Counted from the first letter of the stretch, positions 20,771 to 32,818 are shown. The stretch: 37,589 nt of DNA from Pelomyxa schiedti (GCA_020536535.1 JAHLWZ010000241.1:1-37589), one strand, 5' to 3'. The notes: a model not told the origin generated them from the sequence alone. Numbers and translations are program-made.

Positions 20771-22520
20771 ATGGGCAATACCAACAGCATTGCCATTGAC
20801 AACAACACGCCCTACATGCTCCACGTTGTCATCATGCAAGTTGGCCCCTTATTTGACGCCATTGTTCCTTGCAGGTCCCAAAAGGTTATCGACTGTGGCG
20901 CTCGAGTATGGTAAGCTGCTCTCCCGCACAACTTGCGCACCAACTTGTTGTTTCCGCTCACTCGAAGCGTAAAGACCGAAAAAGGTTCACGGTAGCCGTG
21001 TCAAAGACAACCACGGAAGACGCGGAGCATGTGAGGATCACCAAAGGAGACGTCGCCAAGCCCATCGTGCTCGTCACCACGGGGTCGCTGCTGGCCGTGG
21101 CCGCCGCAGCCGGGATCGTAGTGGGCGGCGTGTTCGCGGCGCCCGTGATCGGCGAGGCCCTGGTGACCGTGGGCGCGGGGGCGGCCGTGGCCAAGGGCTC
21201 TTCGGCGGCGGCCGCCGCGGCTCCTCCCCTGGTGGCCCAGATCGTGGTGGGCGCCGCGGTGTACGGCGGGGCGGCGGGCGTGGCCCTGTGCGGCGGGGGG
21301 GCGCTGGGCGCCGCCATCGGGGTCGCCGTGAGCAAGCACATGGACAAGGCCACCCTGACCCTGGGCTGCTTGACGTCGAATTGCGATCTATTTCTGGATT
21401 ACATGAAGCGCGAGGGGTGGGAGGATGTAAAGGGGCTGCAGGAATCTTTCATCGCTGGTTTGGCCTCGCCTTCTTTCAATTGTGTCTGAAGTACCCTTCC
21501 CAGGTTGTCCCCCGGATATTTCCCTCCAAGATGTTGAGGAGCATGTAAATCACATGAAACAACTGTTTGAATCCAAGGGCATTGAACAAGTGAGTGTTTG
21601 CATTTTGTTCCCTTTACTTGACTTGTCTGACAGAGTGAGGTTGATGAACTTGTTAAACAAGCCAAATATCACTTCTTCGATTCCTGCTACAAGAAACTTC
21701 TTATTCCAGATGTAACAAAGCTTGACCAGTCAAAATTCACATAGCCTCCTAGGATGAGGATGCCACGTTTAGAATTTCTGTGCGTCGTGGTAGAGACACC
21801 GCACTTGCAAATTTATCTGAGGATGAATGTAGCACTAGTTCACTGTAGAATAAACTCTGTCTCTTACCCAATGCAGCTCTGTTCCTGGAAGAAACTGCCC
21901 GAGAACTTGAATCAATTGCAGAGGCCAGGAACCCTCGTATGATGCTGTTGAGCATTATGAACGCCACAATAATACTTGCTCGATACTGGACCAAATACAA
22001 CAGCAAGAAGGGACCTTTTGCTACTGACGGTCAGATTCCCAAAAAATGTTGAGCAGTGTAAATTCTGTGGCAGCCCAGTTGCCAACGAAAAAACTAACCA
22101 ATTCTTATGAATTTTATTGAGCAGATCTACTTGAATGGCTGGAAAAGGCCTTGTATATGACAAATATACCCAACATGCACTCTATTCTCACGTACATTTC
22201 TCGTTTTGGGTCGCCATTTCCTTCGGATTTGTATGTAATAGCTCTATTCAGCATACCCCTTACCCAGTCTCTTTCAGGAATTTCATGTATGTGAGCCTTA
22301 TAACGGCGGTGCAGAGCATTGAAAGTGGGTACTCCTAGTTAAGAGTAGCCATAAAATATTTTCAGGAAGAGCAAAGGGAGGACCCTTGTACAAGTACATT
22401 GGAATAGGAACACTGCCAAGTTATGTGGCCAAGTATGGTGTTTATGCCAATGGGAAGACAACTGTTCATGTCAATGTGGACGAAAATGATTTCTTAGTGC
22501 TGCAAACCACTCAGGAGTGA
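20771..22520 (+). CDS. N-myristoylated VPS9-domain (Rab5-family GEF-like) protein with a long Gly/Ala-rich hydrophobic segment
   Basis: Starts MGNTNS. VPS9-like helices: ARELESIAEARNPRMMLLSIMNA, FATD|DLLEWLEKALYMTNIPNMHSILTYISRF and FMYVSLITAVQSIE. Ends …DFLVLQTTQE*. Confidence 0.75.
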
Positions 22521-22585
22521 AACTGGTTATTTCTTAATGGATGGGACTGCATAATAAAAGTTTTTTTTTTTCAAAGTTTTTCCAC

Positions 22586-25516
22586 CTAGTCTAAAGCTTG
22601 CTGTACGAAATGCTCAAAGCGTTGCCTAAGAATTGTTGGAAGGAAGACGGAAAAAGGAGGGACGGACCTATAAAAGACTGGGTCTACACAAGATAAGCCT
22701 TCAGGGTCCTTGGATATGAGCCTCCTAAGTGTATTCTCGGCTCTTTTTCTCACAGTCCATTTCTGAAGGAGATCAATTACTGTGGAGATGGTGAGTAGAA
22801 AGTCCCAAAAAAAAAATCGTACTGCCGATGTAATATATTGTCCTTGAGGGGGTGCCCTCAGCCGCAACTCCTCCTTCTTCAGAGTGGAAAATTGATCTGT
22901 GATCGAAGGTATGAGACAAGCTGGAATGTTGGGAAGGTACCTCCTAGAGGCCATTGTTTCTGATGTGTTTGCTAGAGCGCAGCATCCATTTGCGGAGCAT
23001 GTGTGAATGCCAACAAGGAATGAGTAATCCATAATTTGATGCTTCTCAAGCCACTGGGGTTCCAAGTTAAGATAAAGTACTTCGACGGGGTTTCGTAGAT
23101 TGTGAACTTACATACAGTGCAATCTGAGAAAAGTGCTTTCAGAAACAAGCCCTTCGTGTTAGTACCTAAGTGAAGGCGCGTTCTGCTATTCAGGAGGTCT
23201 AAATCTTTTAGAACTGGAGTCGATGCTTGAAGGTCAGCCACTGAAGCCTCCCTGATCAATCAAATTTAATTGGATTTAATAAGGGGCTTATCTGAACCTT
23301 CCTACAGTTGAACCTTTGGATAAAGGTAATTCTAAGTGCACAAGGGGGAAAGTTACCTTTGATATCAAAACGCTGATGCACCAGATACTTTTGTGGAGGG
23401 AAAATATTTTCCATGACAATGAAACGCATGACAAGATTGTCATGGTGAATACTAAATAATCCGTAGAATCGAACAAGTAGAGAATTGGGATTTGAGTTCA
23501 AGTGCTGAAAAAGTGTTTGTCAACGTGGCTTCTATTTGCACATACACAAAAGTAGTCATGCAAACCCGCCGTTAAGGTATGTTGTTCTTCTTCGTTTATT
23601 GTTTTGAGAATAAAGCTGGTGGTCGAGTAAGTAAATACACATCAGTGTGGGGGCACACCGCATATCAGTTGTTCCATAGAAAAAGCTTCCACTCTTCCCT
23701 GGGCTTCTTAGCTCATACAACCCGGTTTTTTTGCTTGGTCCAGTGAAATTAAAGGATTCCTAATTAGGTGAGGCGTTAAGAATGAGATACTGCAGGTACC
23801 AAGAAATTGGAATTAGTTATTCCAGAGAGTTCCCGTAAAGCCTTGAATATACTGAGATGGTATCCATGGAAATCAAAGTTGTAGTCACTAGCTTTGATAT
23901 CCGGGGTTTGCATGTAATTTGGTAACCGGGTGGTGTTGACTCTGTATGAAACTGAGTCCACGTTTCCCCGTTTGGTTTACCTATAGACAGTAACTGTCTC
24001 AGAGAACTTCGAATTTTCTGTTACAACCTAAATAAGCGTGTTACTAGTAACGGTGACTGTTTTCCGGCATACCGAATTTCTGATTCCATTGATAACCATA
24101 TAAACTAGTTTGTCTTTTACAGGTGGAGTTTTACTCAAAAGGGCTGATCTGTCAAGGCAGTCCTGGGGAAAATCGCTGTTTTGAACTTCTGCAGAGGGAG
24201 TGTTCGTTTCCACTGAGAAAGTATCCCTTAGATTGTCTGAGACACAACTCATCATCAATTCAGCATCAGCTAGAACAGATTTTTTAAGCAAGTCATCATC
24301 AATGGGGGATGTATTCGTCCATGTTGGCTGGAGGGGGTTTGTTTCTGTTGGTGTAGGTGTGAAGGATGATGCTGTCACAGGCTGTCGAGGTACTGTGACA
24401 AACAGGTTTGGAGGAACTGTTTGCTGGGGTAATTGCGGCGCGAACTGTGGAAGTGTTGGAGATGGCATAGGTGACGGCCTGAGAGTAAGAGGGGGATACA
24501 ATGATGGAGTGAGGCAAGGGTTGTACGGCTGTGAGGGATACATGGTTGAGGGTGGTGTAGAAATGTATGGCACTTCGCCAGAGAAAGTCGGACTGCTTAA
24601 AGTATCCATTGTCGGTAAGGATAGAGGTACCAGGGGTACCCCTGGATCCAAGGTCAGATTGGATAGGCTGGGAAACTGGTAGTAGGGTGGCGCGGCTAAT
24701 GGAATGCTTGGCGGGAAACCCGTATTAGGACTGGAAATAGCGTTATATGTAGGAGGAAGGAAAAGTGAACTTGGGGTTGTAGGAGGGGCTGGAGTTAAGA
24801 GATGTTGTGGGGAGGAATAGACATCAGGGGGTGTGCTGGGGCTATAATGTGATTCGGCGTTCTGTTTTAGAGCCATGGTATGTGCCGTGATCATCACAGG
24901 AGATGAGGCAGAGCGGGTATGGTGTGGAGAAGGATACAATAGAGGTTGGTGAGCCACATTTGTGGGTGTCGTAGTATGCTCAGAACTTGGCTGAGGTATT
25001 GGGGGCCCTGTGTTTCTGTGTATTTCAGGCCTTGCAGTAGGGGACACTGCATTGGCCGTTGCTTGATGGGGGGAGGCAATATGAACAGGTTTCGCTGTGA
25101 TGTGTTGCGTAGTAATGGGTGCTTTGTGTGCGTATATCGAGGGTGGTTGGCCATTCTGCTTTTCCTTCTGTTTGCGACATTCCACTTCAACGCGTTCCAG
25201 AATTGGCACAGCCTTGTCGAGACAAACCTCCATTCGTAGGGCGAGATACGCTTTAGCCTCGCTTCCAAGCCAAGTCTCAGCTGTGATGTAACAACGGAAA
25301 CGTAAAAACTACATAAGAAGGTCTTCCATTCAACTTACTCTTTATCGAACTCCTCATCAAATTTACAGCCTGGAAGTAAGATCTGCACGCAGAGGCCAGG
25401 TCCCCCGCTTTCTCCTGTTGTTGTGCCAGATCTGCCATTTGGTCGCCCTTGAACGCACAAGATCCGGTGATAAGGAACGACTTGTCATACGAAGGTGTGG
25501 TTGCGCTGCCGTTCAT
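22586..25516 (-). CDS. Phosphatidylinositol-phosphate kinase (PIP5K family) with an N-terminal MIT-like helical domain and Pro-rich linker
   Basis: PGKSGSFF, FILKTI, SLLVRFYGL, FIVMENIF, RFDIKG|ST, LKDLDL, IMDYSFLVGIH, IDLLQKWTVRKRAE, SCVDPVFY. N-terminus ADLAQQQEKAGDLASACRSYFQAVNLM is MIT-like. Confidence 0.9.
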
Positions 25517-25648
25517 TTTTTTAAAACTCTGCTTTTATTTGATTTGATTCCTTACGGGAAAACTGCAGGTAAAAGATGCCAACCCAACTTGGTTGAACAG
25601 AAAAGCGTACAGGTCTGTTTTTGTCTTGTTAATCCTGGTTTTTATTCT

Positions 25649-28121
25649 TTAATCCCAGAAACCAAGCTCAGGCTCTGGAGTTTCTTCTACTGCAGGAGTA
25701 CTTTCAGTCTCATCCCCACTCCCAGGTGTAGGTGTAGTCTCCTCCAAAGAAGAGTTGTATGAGGGAGGTTCTTCTGTACCATTCAGGTGTTAGACAGGGA
25801 ATTGCCATAAAATAAAATAAGTCTCTTGCGAGGTAGAGAGAACAAACCCCATAAGTTCCCACAGTGGTGATGTAGCCAAGAGGACATTACTCTGGAAAAG
25901 AAAAGAGCGAAAGAATCCGCACAGTGCCGGCTTATGGTATCCAAAGTAACCCCATAGTGCTGCATCACTTTTTGGGCGCAGAGCGGGCTGATCACAGCAA
26001 ACGGTATAAGGGCCTGAACTTCCACGGTTCCAATCGTGGGGAGAGCCTCAATTATCCATCTCCAGAGTACTATGAAGGGGCCTTCGTTGTTCCAGTAGTA
26101 TGTGTTGCCCCCTGCTTCCATTTCTAGAATCTGAAGGTGACGGTTTGAAAGGGTAAATAAAAGCCGGAGGAACTTACATCCCTGGCATCAAGGTGAAAGT
26201 TTGCTACCAACCATTGGGCACAATTAATTTTTCGGAATGAAATGAGCCGATGCAGCAGATTATTCTTTCTCATTATTATATGTTCCCGCTGGAGATGGAA
26301 TCTTCTAATCAAATACTTGACCATTTTTGAGGAAATATTTGAACATATGCCTGCTAAGCACTGAGCGGCATCCTCCTGCGAGAAGGTATGAAGAGAAAGT
26401 ACTTTCACTAGTCTGTCCATATCCATAGTCCGTGTGATCACTTTGAGAAATTTGGGGAATAGCTTTGGGTTCCTTTCTGGTGGGATATGAAATTCCTCAA
26501 GCAACAGTAATCCTATATCAGCATCCCCCTTTTTAAGTGCAGTAAAGCAAGCTTGGGTGACGGAGTCCAGTCCGACGTTTTCTTTTTTGATTCTTGCGAG
26601 GAACCACTTTACCCCCTGCAATCCATCACTGACTGCCCTCGAGAGGTTGTTGCATATTTCCTCCAGTTCCTTGGATAGAGATGTTGGAGACATTTGAATT
26701 TGGTCTATCACATGAAACGTTTCATTAAGCCAGTCAGAGAGACATGTATTTCCAATTCCAAGAGCCTTTGCAAGGGCTGATGCCAATTGCGCTGAATTTA
26801 GGGGCTGAGTAAGTTTTGAGCATACCCATTCTGCAAGGGTAAATGAGGTATTGCGCCTGTTGCCACAAGCTTGAATGAAGTGCTCAGGAGTTAGTTGTCT
26901 ATTGAAGTCCTCCACAAACCACCTAATCCGGTGTATGTCTCCATGTTTCAATGCAGATTTTAAGAGTTCCACTGGAGGAGTACTAATACCTAATAACTCA
27001 TAAATTTTCTTCACCATTGCCAATTCACAGTGTGCAATCACTTGCTTTTGTGTATCTACACCCAAATCTGTTATTCCAAAAGACTCTTTAAGCCAACTTG
27101 CCACTTCAATATGCGAACTTTTAATCGCACCATCCTGATACGATGACAGGGTCCAAAGAAGAAGATTGAACTGTTGGAGTTCTGACTGGGGGGTGGAAAA
27201 AGTTTCCACTACCCATTTTGCGCAGTCCAGATTCCCGCCAGTGCACGCGCTTTTCAAGAGATGCCTTGCCGGGTCAACTTTGAGGTTTGAATGAAGATGG
27301 AATGTATCATTTAGCCACTTTAACAGCTTCCAGTTGCCAACCTCACATGCCCGGCTCAGCATATCCGCGAATTCCCACGGTTCGTGGAATCTGAACCTCT
27401 CAATAAGCCATTTCGCAGTCTCCAGGTCATCAAGTTCCGCCACATCGGCCAAAATCGTGCTGTCCCTGATATCCTCGTCCAGATTGGCCGATTCCGGGTC
27501 CCCAGGGGCCGGCCACCACACTCCCATAATTTCTCCGGCGACAAGCTTCCCGGCCAGCCCCACGTGGCCACCGGCACACAACCCACTCAGAATCGCGAAG
27601 CAGATTTTGTTCCTCCTCACCCTCGCAATCCTCGCCGCTGTTGCCTCGTCCCCAACTTCGCTCGTCGCAGTCGTCGACGTGGTGCCAGCCGAGCTACTCG
27701 CCGCCGCGGCACTCGCACTTATGGGCTGCGCCCCCGGGGCCGGCTCCGGCGGGATCGGGTACCGGCGGCGGGCCCGCTGCAGGGCCGGGGAGCACGCCCA
27801 CCGCATGGCCGGGATGCTCCCCGCGATGCCAGCGAGGTAGGGCACGGGTGAGGCCTCGCGGGCCAGCCTGGAGCACACGAGGCACAGCAGGGGGAACAGC
27901 GCCGTCGCGATCCGCAGCACCTCCGTGCCGTCGTCATCGAACACGCATTCGCCGTCGTCGTCGTCGTCGAGCCAGTACACGCGGGGCAGCACGTGGCGCC
28001 ACATCACGGCCGACACGTAGAGCACGTGCTCTACTTCCTCGGGCGGCCTCGTCCTCCTCCTCGTGGTTGTGGTTGGTGCCCGCGTGTCGTTGTCTTGCGG
28101 CGATGGCTGTTCGTGGCTCAT
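25649..28121 (-). CDS. Divergent ankyrin-like repeat protein (lineage-expanded type)
   Basis: Repeats LCAGGHVGLA, ACEVGNWKLLKWL, ACTGGNLDCAKWVV, ALGIGNTCLSDWL. An intron after LDARD (gtaagt…ttcag) joins in frame to ILEMEAGG. Start placed at MSHEQ (28121); the 3' end is tentative. Confidence 0.75.
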
Positions 28122-28176
28122 CGCAGACGAAACGGCCTTGATGAAAAAATAATCGCCTTTGGCTTTGATTTTCTTG

Positions 28177-29542
28177 ATGAGGACTTGGGTTGTTGTCGGG
28201 GTACTGGCCGTGTTGGTGGGACTCTGGGCTGGAGTAGAACGAGGTGTCGTGTGGGTGATAAGGAATGGGCGCTGTGGAGAATCCATTGGCTGTGAACACG
28301 AAATAACCCAGCCTGGAGAGGTGCGGCATTTTTTTTTCTACTCTGTCTCACCTAATTTCCGTCTAATTTTGCTCCCTTCGTGGGTGAAAAAAAGTTGCTG
28401 AGTCAATGGGGGGCACTGAACGAGCCTGGATGGTCAAGAAGCAGCATACTGGAGTACGAAAGATCACACATTTTTGGTTTTGGCTTTGAGGTGAAGGAGT
28501 GGGACTACTACGCCATTATGGGGCCTGATGTATTCATTGGACTAACTATTGCAGATATGGGGTACATATCGGTATTGGCTTTTTTCCCCTAATTTTCAAC
28601 TAAACTCTACTGGCCTAGGTAATAGCGGGCTCTGTAATTCCATTGCAAGGGAATATAAATGGCCTCTCATTTGGAGATACCTATACAGCAATGGAAATAG
28701 GGCAATCATCCCCGAAGCTTCCCACATCACCCCACGACGGAATATCCATCGCATACCGTGGGGGTGCCAACATGTCAATTCTGGCATGGCAGGAGCAACA
28801 ACAAACACCGGGGTCAGAGGGACCTGGGGTACCCACTCTTAAGAAGAAAATTAGCCTGGAGTGGCCGGCCTACGCCAACAACCTAGGGCTCAGTGTGGCT
28901 CTGGAGATAGAATCACCGGGTAGCAAGGATCACCCAGACTCCACCATCGCCGTGGCCACGCCGTTCCACAACGGCTGGAGGCACTTCTACTACAACGTGA
29001 AGACAAATTGCATGAAGCCAAGGGGCCGAGTGTCACTTGGAACTTCGGCTGTGTTTGAAATCACGCCTGAGAAGCACTGGGCCACTTTGGACTGGGGCCG
29101 TGGGCTTTGGCCCTACAGCGTGCAGTGGGTGTGGTGTAGTGCCAGTGGAAAAGCTACTGAGCTGAATGATGATGACAAGAGTCCGGTGGTACAGCACAAA
29201 TTCGGGCTGAACTTTGGAACTGGATTTGGTGATTTGTCAACACACACTGAAAACGCCGTGTTTGTGGATGGAATCACTTACAAGCTAGGTGAACTGAACA
29301 TAACCTACAGCAGAAACAATGACTGGACACAGCCGTGGCATGTCAGTGACAAACTGGGAAATATCAACCTTGTGATGGAGCCAATCCATCCACGAAACAG
29401 TGTTGACTCTTTCGTGGTTGTGTCAATGGAAGCACACCAAGTCCTTGGGCGATGGGGAGGAACAGTCAGATTAGACACTGGACTTGTTCTAAGTATTAAT
29501 TACGTTTATGGGTGGTCGGAGCATGTAAAGAATAAATGGTAA
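28177..29542 (+). CDS. DUF2804-family protein with a predicted signal peptide
   Basis: EHEITQPGE|LLSQWGALNEPGWSRS, VKEWDYYAI, LTIADMGY, FYYNVKTNCM, ATLDWGRGLWPY, WVWCSASG, FGLNFGTGFGD, TENAVFVDG, HQVLGRWGG, GWSEHVKNKW*. Confidence 0.85.
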
Positions 29543-29584
29543 ACCCAAAGAATTTGTTTCCAAAATTCCTCTCCCATGATTATT

Positions 29585-30796
29585 TCATGGGTTTAGTGAA
29601 GAGTGGAAAAGGGGTCTCAGTTTGTCCTTTACAGCCGGAAGGGCAAAACTGAATTCAAGTGCATGCAGTGAGCTTTGTGCTACTCTGGAGCGAGTAAGTC
29701 CAAAGGCAGTGGCTGCTTGCAAGTGCTCATTTGAAGAACTGGAGCAAAACACCCCTGGATCATCTGTGCAAAAAGCCACAGGGTACAGAGTATGGCTTTG
29801 ATACTCAGTCCCTAAAACGTGGCTGGCAAATGAATGGTGTGCGGCACTTGGAATCCGCTTTGTAGCAACGTTACTTGTGAGGCACAATTCCACCGGAACT
29901 TGTTGTGTAAGAAGCTGGGTCTCCACTTCAGAATTTCGAGAAACATACACAGCATGTCCAACGCGATTCGGCCGGGATGACAGCATGGCCAAAGCCTCAC
30001 TGTCACTCTCCTTCTCGGCAAAGTGAAGTGATATTGGAATCCCACAAGCCCTGGCACGGTCGAGGGAAGGAGCCATCTCGCTCCATGCACGTGAGTATGG
30101 GTTTCCAGATAGCTCCACACCCACAACGCTTGCGTGGTGGGACCCGGATCCGCAATCCCGGTTGTTGAAGTACTCCGCAGCCAATTCCACAGTAGACATG
30201 GCATCCACTGGATCCTGGTCCCTTGAAACGCTCAGTACAAGGTCGGCAGCAACCCCACTCGCAGAACATGCCTCAGACATAGAATTCAGCACGCCGTCAA
30301 TGTAATCTCGCTTTGTTCTTGCCCCCAGCTCACGTGGAGTTGTCCTGAGCTCAATGTACTTTACATTATCAGCGGCAAAGTCACTGACTGCTTCCGCCGC
30401 AACCCGTGCCACACGCTCTGTGGTGTCCACTGCTTTGTGTATTATATCGAACAATCTAAAGCACGAAGCGTATACTGACTCCAACTCCACAGATGTCATA
30501 TTACATCCATCCTATTGACTGAATTAATTGACAAAAAAAAGAAGAGTCCAGGAATAGAAGTCAACAACAAAGCAAAAAGCCAAAAAGCCCACCGAGTTGA
30601 TGTGGTGGTGCAACGAGGCTTGTGATGTGTCAATTCCCCTGTCCGCCGCGAGCTCCACCAGCGTAGCCAGCCTCACGCACCCCCCGAGGTGTGCGTGCAA
30701 TTCCGCCTTCGGAATTCCCCGGCACCACTCCCCCGTCACCGCTCCTCGTGATGACGTAGTGACCTGCTCACTGCCACTTCCGCCGAACCGCTTCAT
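29585..30796 (-). CDS. ADAL: Adenosine deaminase-like protein (ADAL/MAPDA type), 2 exons
   Basis: PKAELHAHLGG, CFRLFDIIH, VKYIELRTTPR, GVELSGNP, HFAE, RVGHA, ELCLTSN, CTDDPGVF. Confidence 0.9.
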
Positions 30797-30877
30797 TACG
30801 TGGGACAAGCTCGCTGTGAGGCTCGCAGGTACCAATAATCAAAAAAAAGTTTCAAGTAATACGAAGGCGACAAGCGC

Positions 30878-32167
30878 TTACTTCTTTTTTCCGTGGTGTG
30901 TTTTGGTTGTTCCTTTCTTTGTGGAAGGGATACCGCGTGGGAAAAGGAAGTCGACTGAGTTGGCACTAATGGATACAATGGCAGCGGGTGGCCCTTGGGC
31001 AGAGAACAGCACCAGCTTCCACCACCTCTGTGACTCCCTCTCATCCTTGGGGCACCCTCCTGTGCCGTTTGCATACAGCTGGGCAACGTTAGTCACAATC
31101 TCACACTTGGCAGCAATGGGCTTATCCTTGAGTGCCACAAAAGCGTTGTGGTATAACCTCAGTGCCACTCTTGTGTTCCTCTCAATACCCACTGATCCAC
31201 TTGAGTATACAGCGGCAAGCAAATTGAAGGCTGATGACCACATTTCTGGGTTGTAGGCACATGTCCCCCCTTGAACCCACCTCCCAAATTTTGGCTCGCA
31301 ACTCAAAATCAATCGCGAAGCTTCAGCCATATTCCGGAATTGGTTGGTGGAAACCGCGTCTGTGATATATTTTAGGCCCAGTGATATTCGCGCTGCAATG
31401 TTCCCTTGTGCTAAGGAAAGCTTTAAAAGTCTCACGGCCTCGGCAGGGTTTTCATTGCTTACCATGTCACCAAGCCAATATTGGGCCCATTGGTCTCCTT
31501 TCTCCGCAGCAATTCTCAGGAGTCTCATGGCTTCAGGGACATTCACAGGGACCTTCTCTTTTTCAACTCCCTTCAGGTACATAGAAGCAAGGCCCCTCTG
31601 CGCAGGGCAGTAGCCAAGCGAAGCAGCGTATTTGATGTTCTTAAAGCAATACATGCGTGTCAGTGCCCTTGGGTCACGGCCTTCTGCAGCTTGCCTGAGA
31701 TGAATTCTGCTTTTTTCCTCATTGGTGAATGGGAAATTCCCGTAGTTTCCACACAGCACCATGTACAAGAAGTAGTGGCACAATGCCTTGACCTTTACCG
31801 AGCTGCCGGTGTCGGCACAAGTCAACTCCAGCAGGTTTATCATCCATTCCTGAGACGCCAAATTGCACTTTGTTGCCAAAATGTGATGCACGTCTTCGAT
31901 TTCGTCGGTTTCGGGAGAGTGATCGTCGGCAAGCAGACGCGGCTCGGATTCGTTGATAAAAGCCAGCAAAACGTGCGCGAAAGCGTGGGCGTCGGCGTGA
32001 TCGTAGTCCGCGATCAAAGATCTCGCGAGCGAGAGGCACTGTCGCAACTTGTCGTCGGCGTAGAGAGCGAGGCACTCGAGCGCGATCTCGCGAGTCGGCT
32101 TTCGCGGTACCGTCTCCGCGACGCCTAGTGAACAGCGCGATGCTTTCTTGTTGTTGTTCCCTTTCAT
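30878..32167 (-). CDS. SEL1-like repeat protein
   Basis: AQRGLASMYLKGV…EAMRLLRIAAEKGDQWAQYWLG, EAVRLLKLSLAQGNIAARISLG, LAAVYSSG, VAQLYANGTGGCPKDERESQRWW. First ATG in good context is at 32167. Confidence 0.85.
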   Translation of the reverse strand: MKGNNNKKASRCSLGVAETVPRKPTREIALECLALYADDKLRQCLSLARSLIADYDHADAHAFAHVLLAFINESEPRLLADDHSPETDEIEDVHHILATKCNLASQEWMINLLELTCADTGSSVKVKALCHYFLYMVLCGNYGNFPFTNEEKSRIHLRQAAEGRDPRALTRMYCFKNIKYAASLGYCPAQRGLASMYLKGVEKEKVPVNVPEAMRLLRIAAEKGDQWAQYWLGDMVSNENPAEAVRLLKLSLAQGNIAARISLGLKYITDAVSTNQFRNMAEASRLILSCEPKFGRWVQGGTCAYNPEMWSSAFNLLAAVYSSGSVGIERNTRVALRLYHNAFVALKDKPIAAKCEIVTNVAQLYANGTGGCPKDERESQRWWKLVLFSAQGPPAAIVSISANSVDFLFPRGIPSTKKGTTKTHHGKKK

Positions 32168-32340
32168 TTCCGTAGTTGCGTGGTGCGTCCGCGGTACTTG
32201 ACAGTTTTGATTTGTTATTATATATTGTTTTAGTTTTTTGTTTGACACATGTCTCACCAAACTGACATTGATTCCCCGGAAATGACTGTGCGTGTACATC
32301 TGTTTGTGGTACACCCGACTTGTGGGTTGTAGTTCGCTAG

Positions 32341-32720
32341 TCAATTCCGACTCTGATGGTTTAGCGGAAGAAGCCCGGTGTGATGGACACAGGCACACGT
32401 TGCCAACAACCCAGTCAACAGACTTCTCACCCCCAGGCTCTCTCCGACCACCATTCCAGATCCTGGCCGTTGGTTGTAGGTCGTCACAGGGTCAGAAAAC
32501 CCAGTGACGTTGAGGCCCCAAGTGACGCCAAACGACCCACTTTCGCCACACCGGGCCACTTGCAGATTACCACCGGCCAGGGCCGCCATGAACGGCGCAG
32601 CCAGCTCCCACGTCTCCCTCTGGCCGCAACCTCGAAACCACCCACTCTGCCGGCTCACACCACGTCCTCGAAGCAGCCGGAACTTGCTGTCCAGGCGCGA
32701 CGCCGTACAGGTGCGTGGTA
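32341..32720 (-). pseudogene. Possible decayed ankyrin-like fragment
   Basis: WELAAPFMAALAGGNLQVA resembles the repeats of the 25649-28121 gene (WEFADMLSRACEVGNW). No coherent ORF. Confidence 0.3.
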
Positions 32721-32818
32721 CCGTACCACGTAAACACGAGACGAGTTCGTAGAAATTTTTGTATTGTGTCTTTTATTAGAAAAGCTGGAAGTATCAAAAA
32801 GGGAAAGGGGGGGTGGCT

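Noticed and set aside
28122-28286. ORF-track start at 28286 for the ankyrin-like gene
   Set aside because: It would overlap the signal-peptide exon of the DUF2804 gene on the opposite strand; the ATG at 28121 fits better.
27334-28329. Many overlapping antisense and alternate-frame ORFs (also at 4479-5207, 20958-21353, 31481-32128)
   Set aside because: Expected shadows of GC-rich coding sequence.
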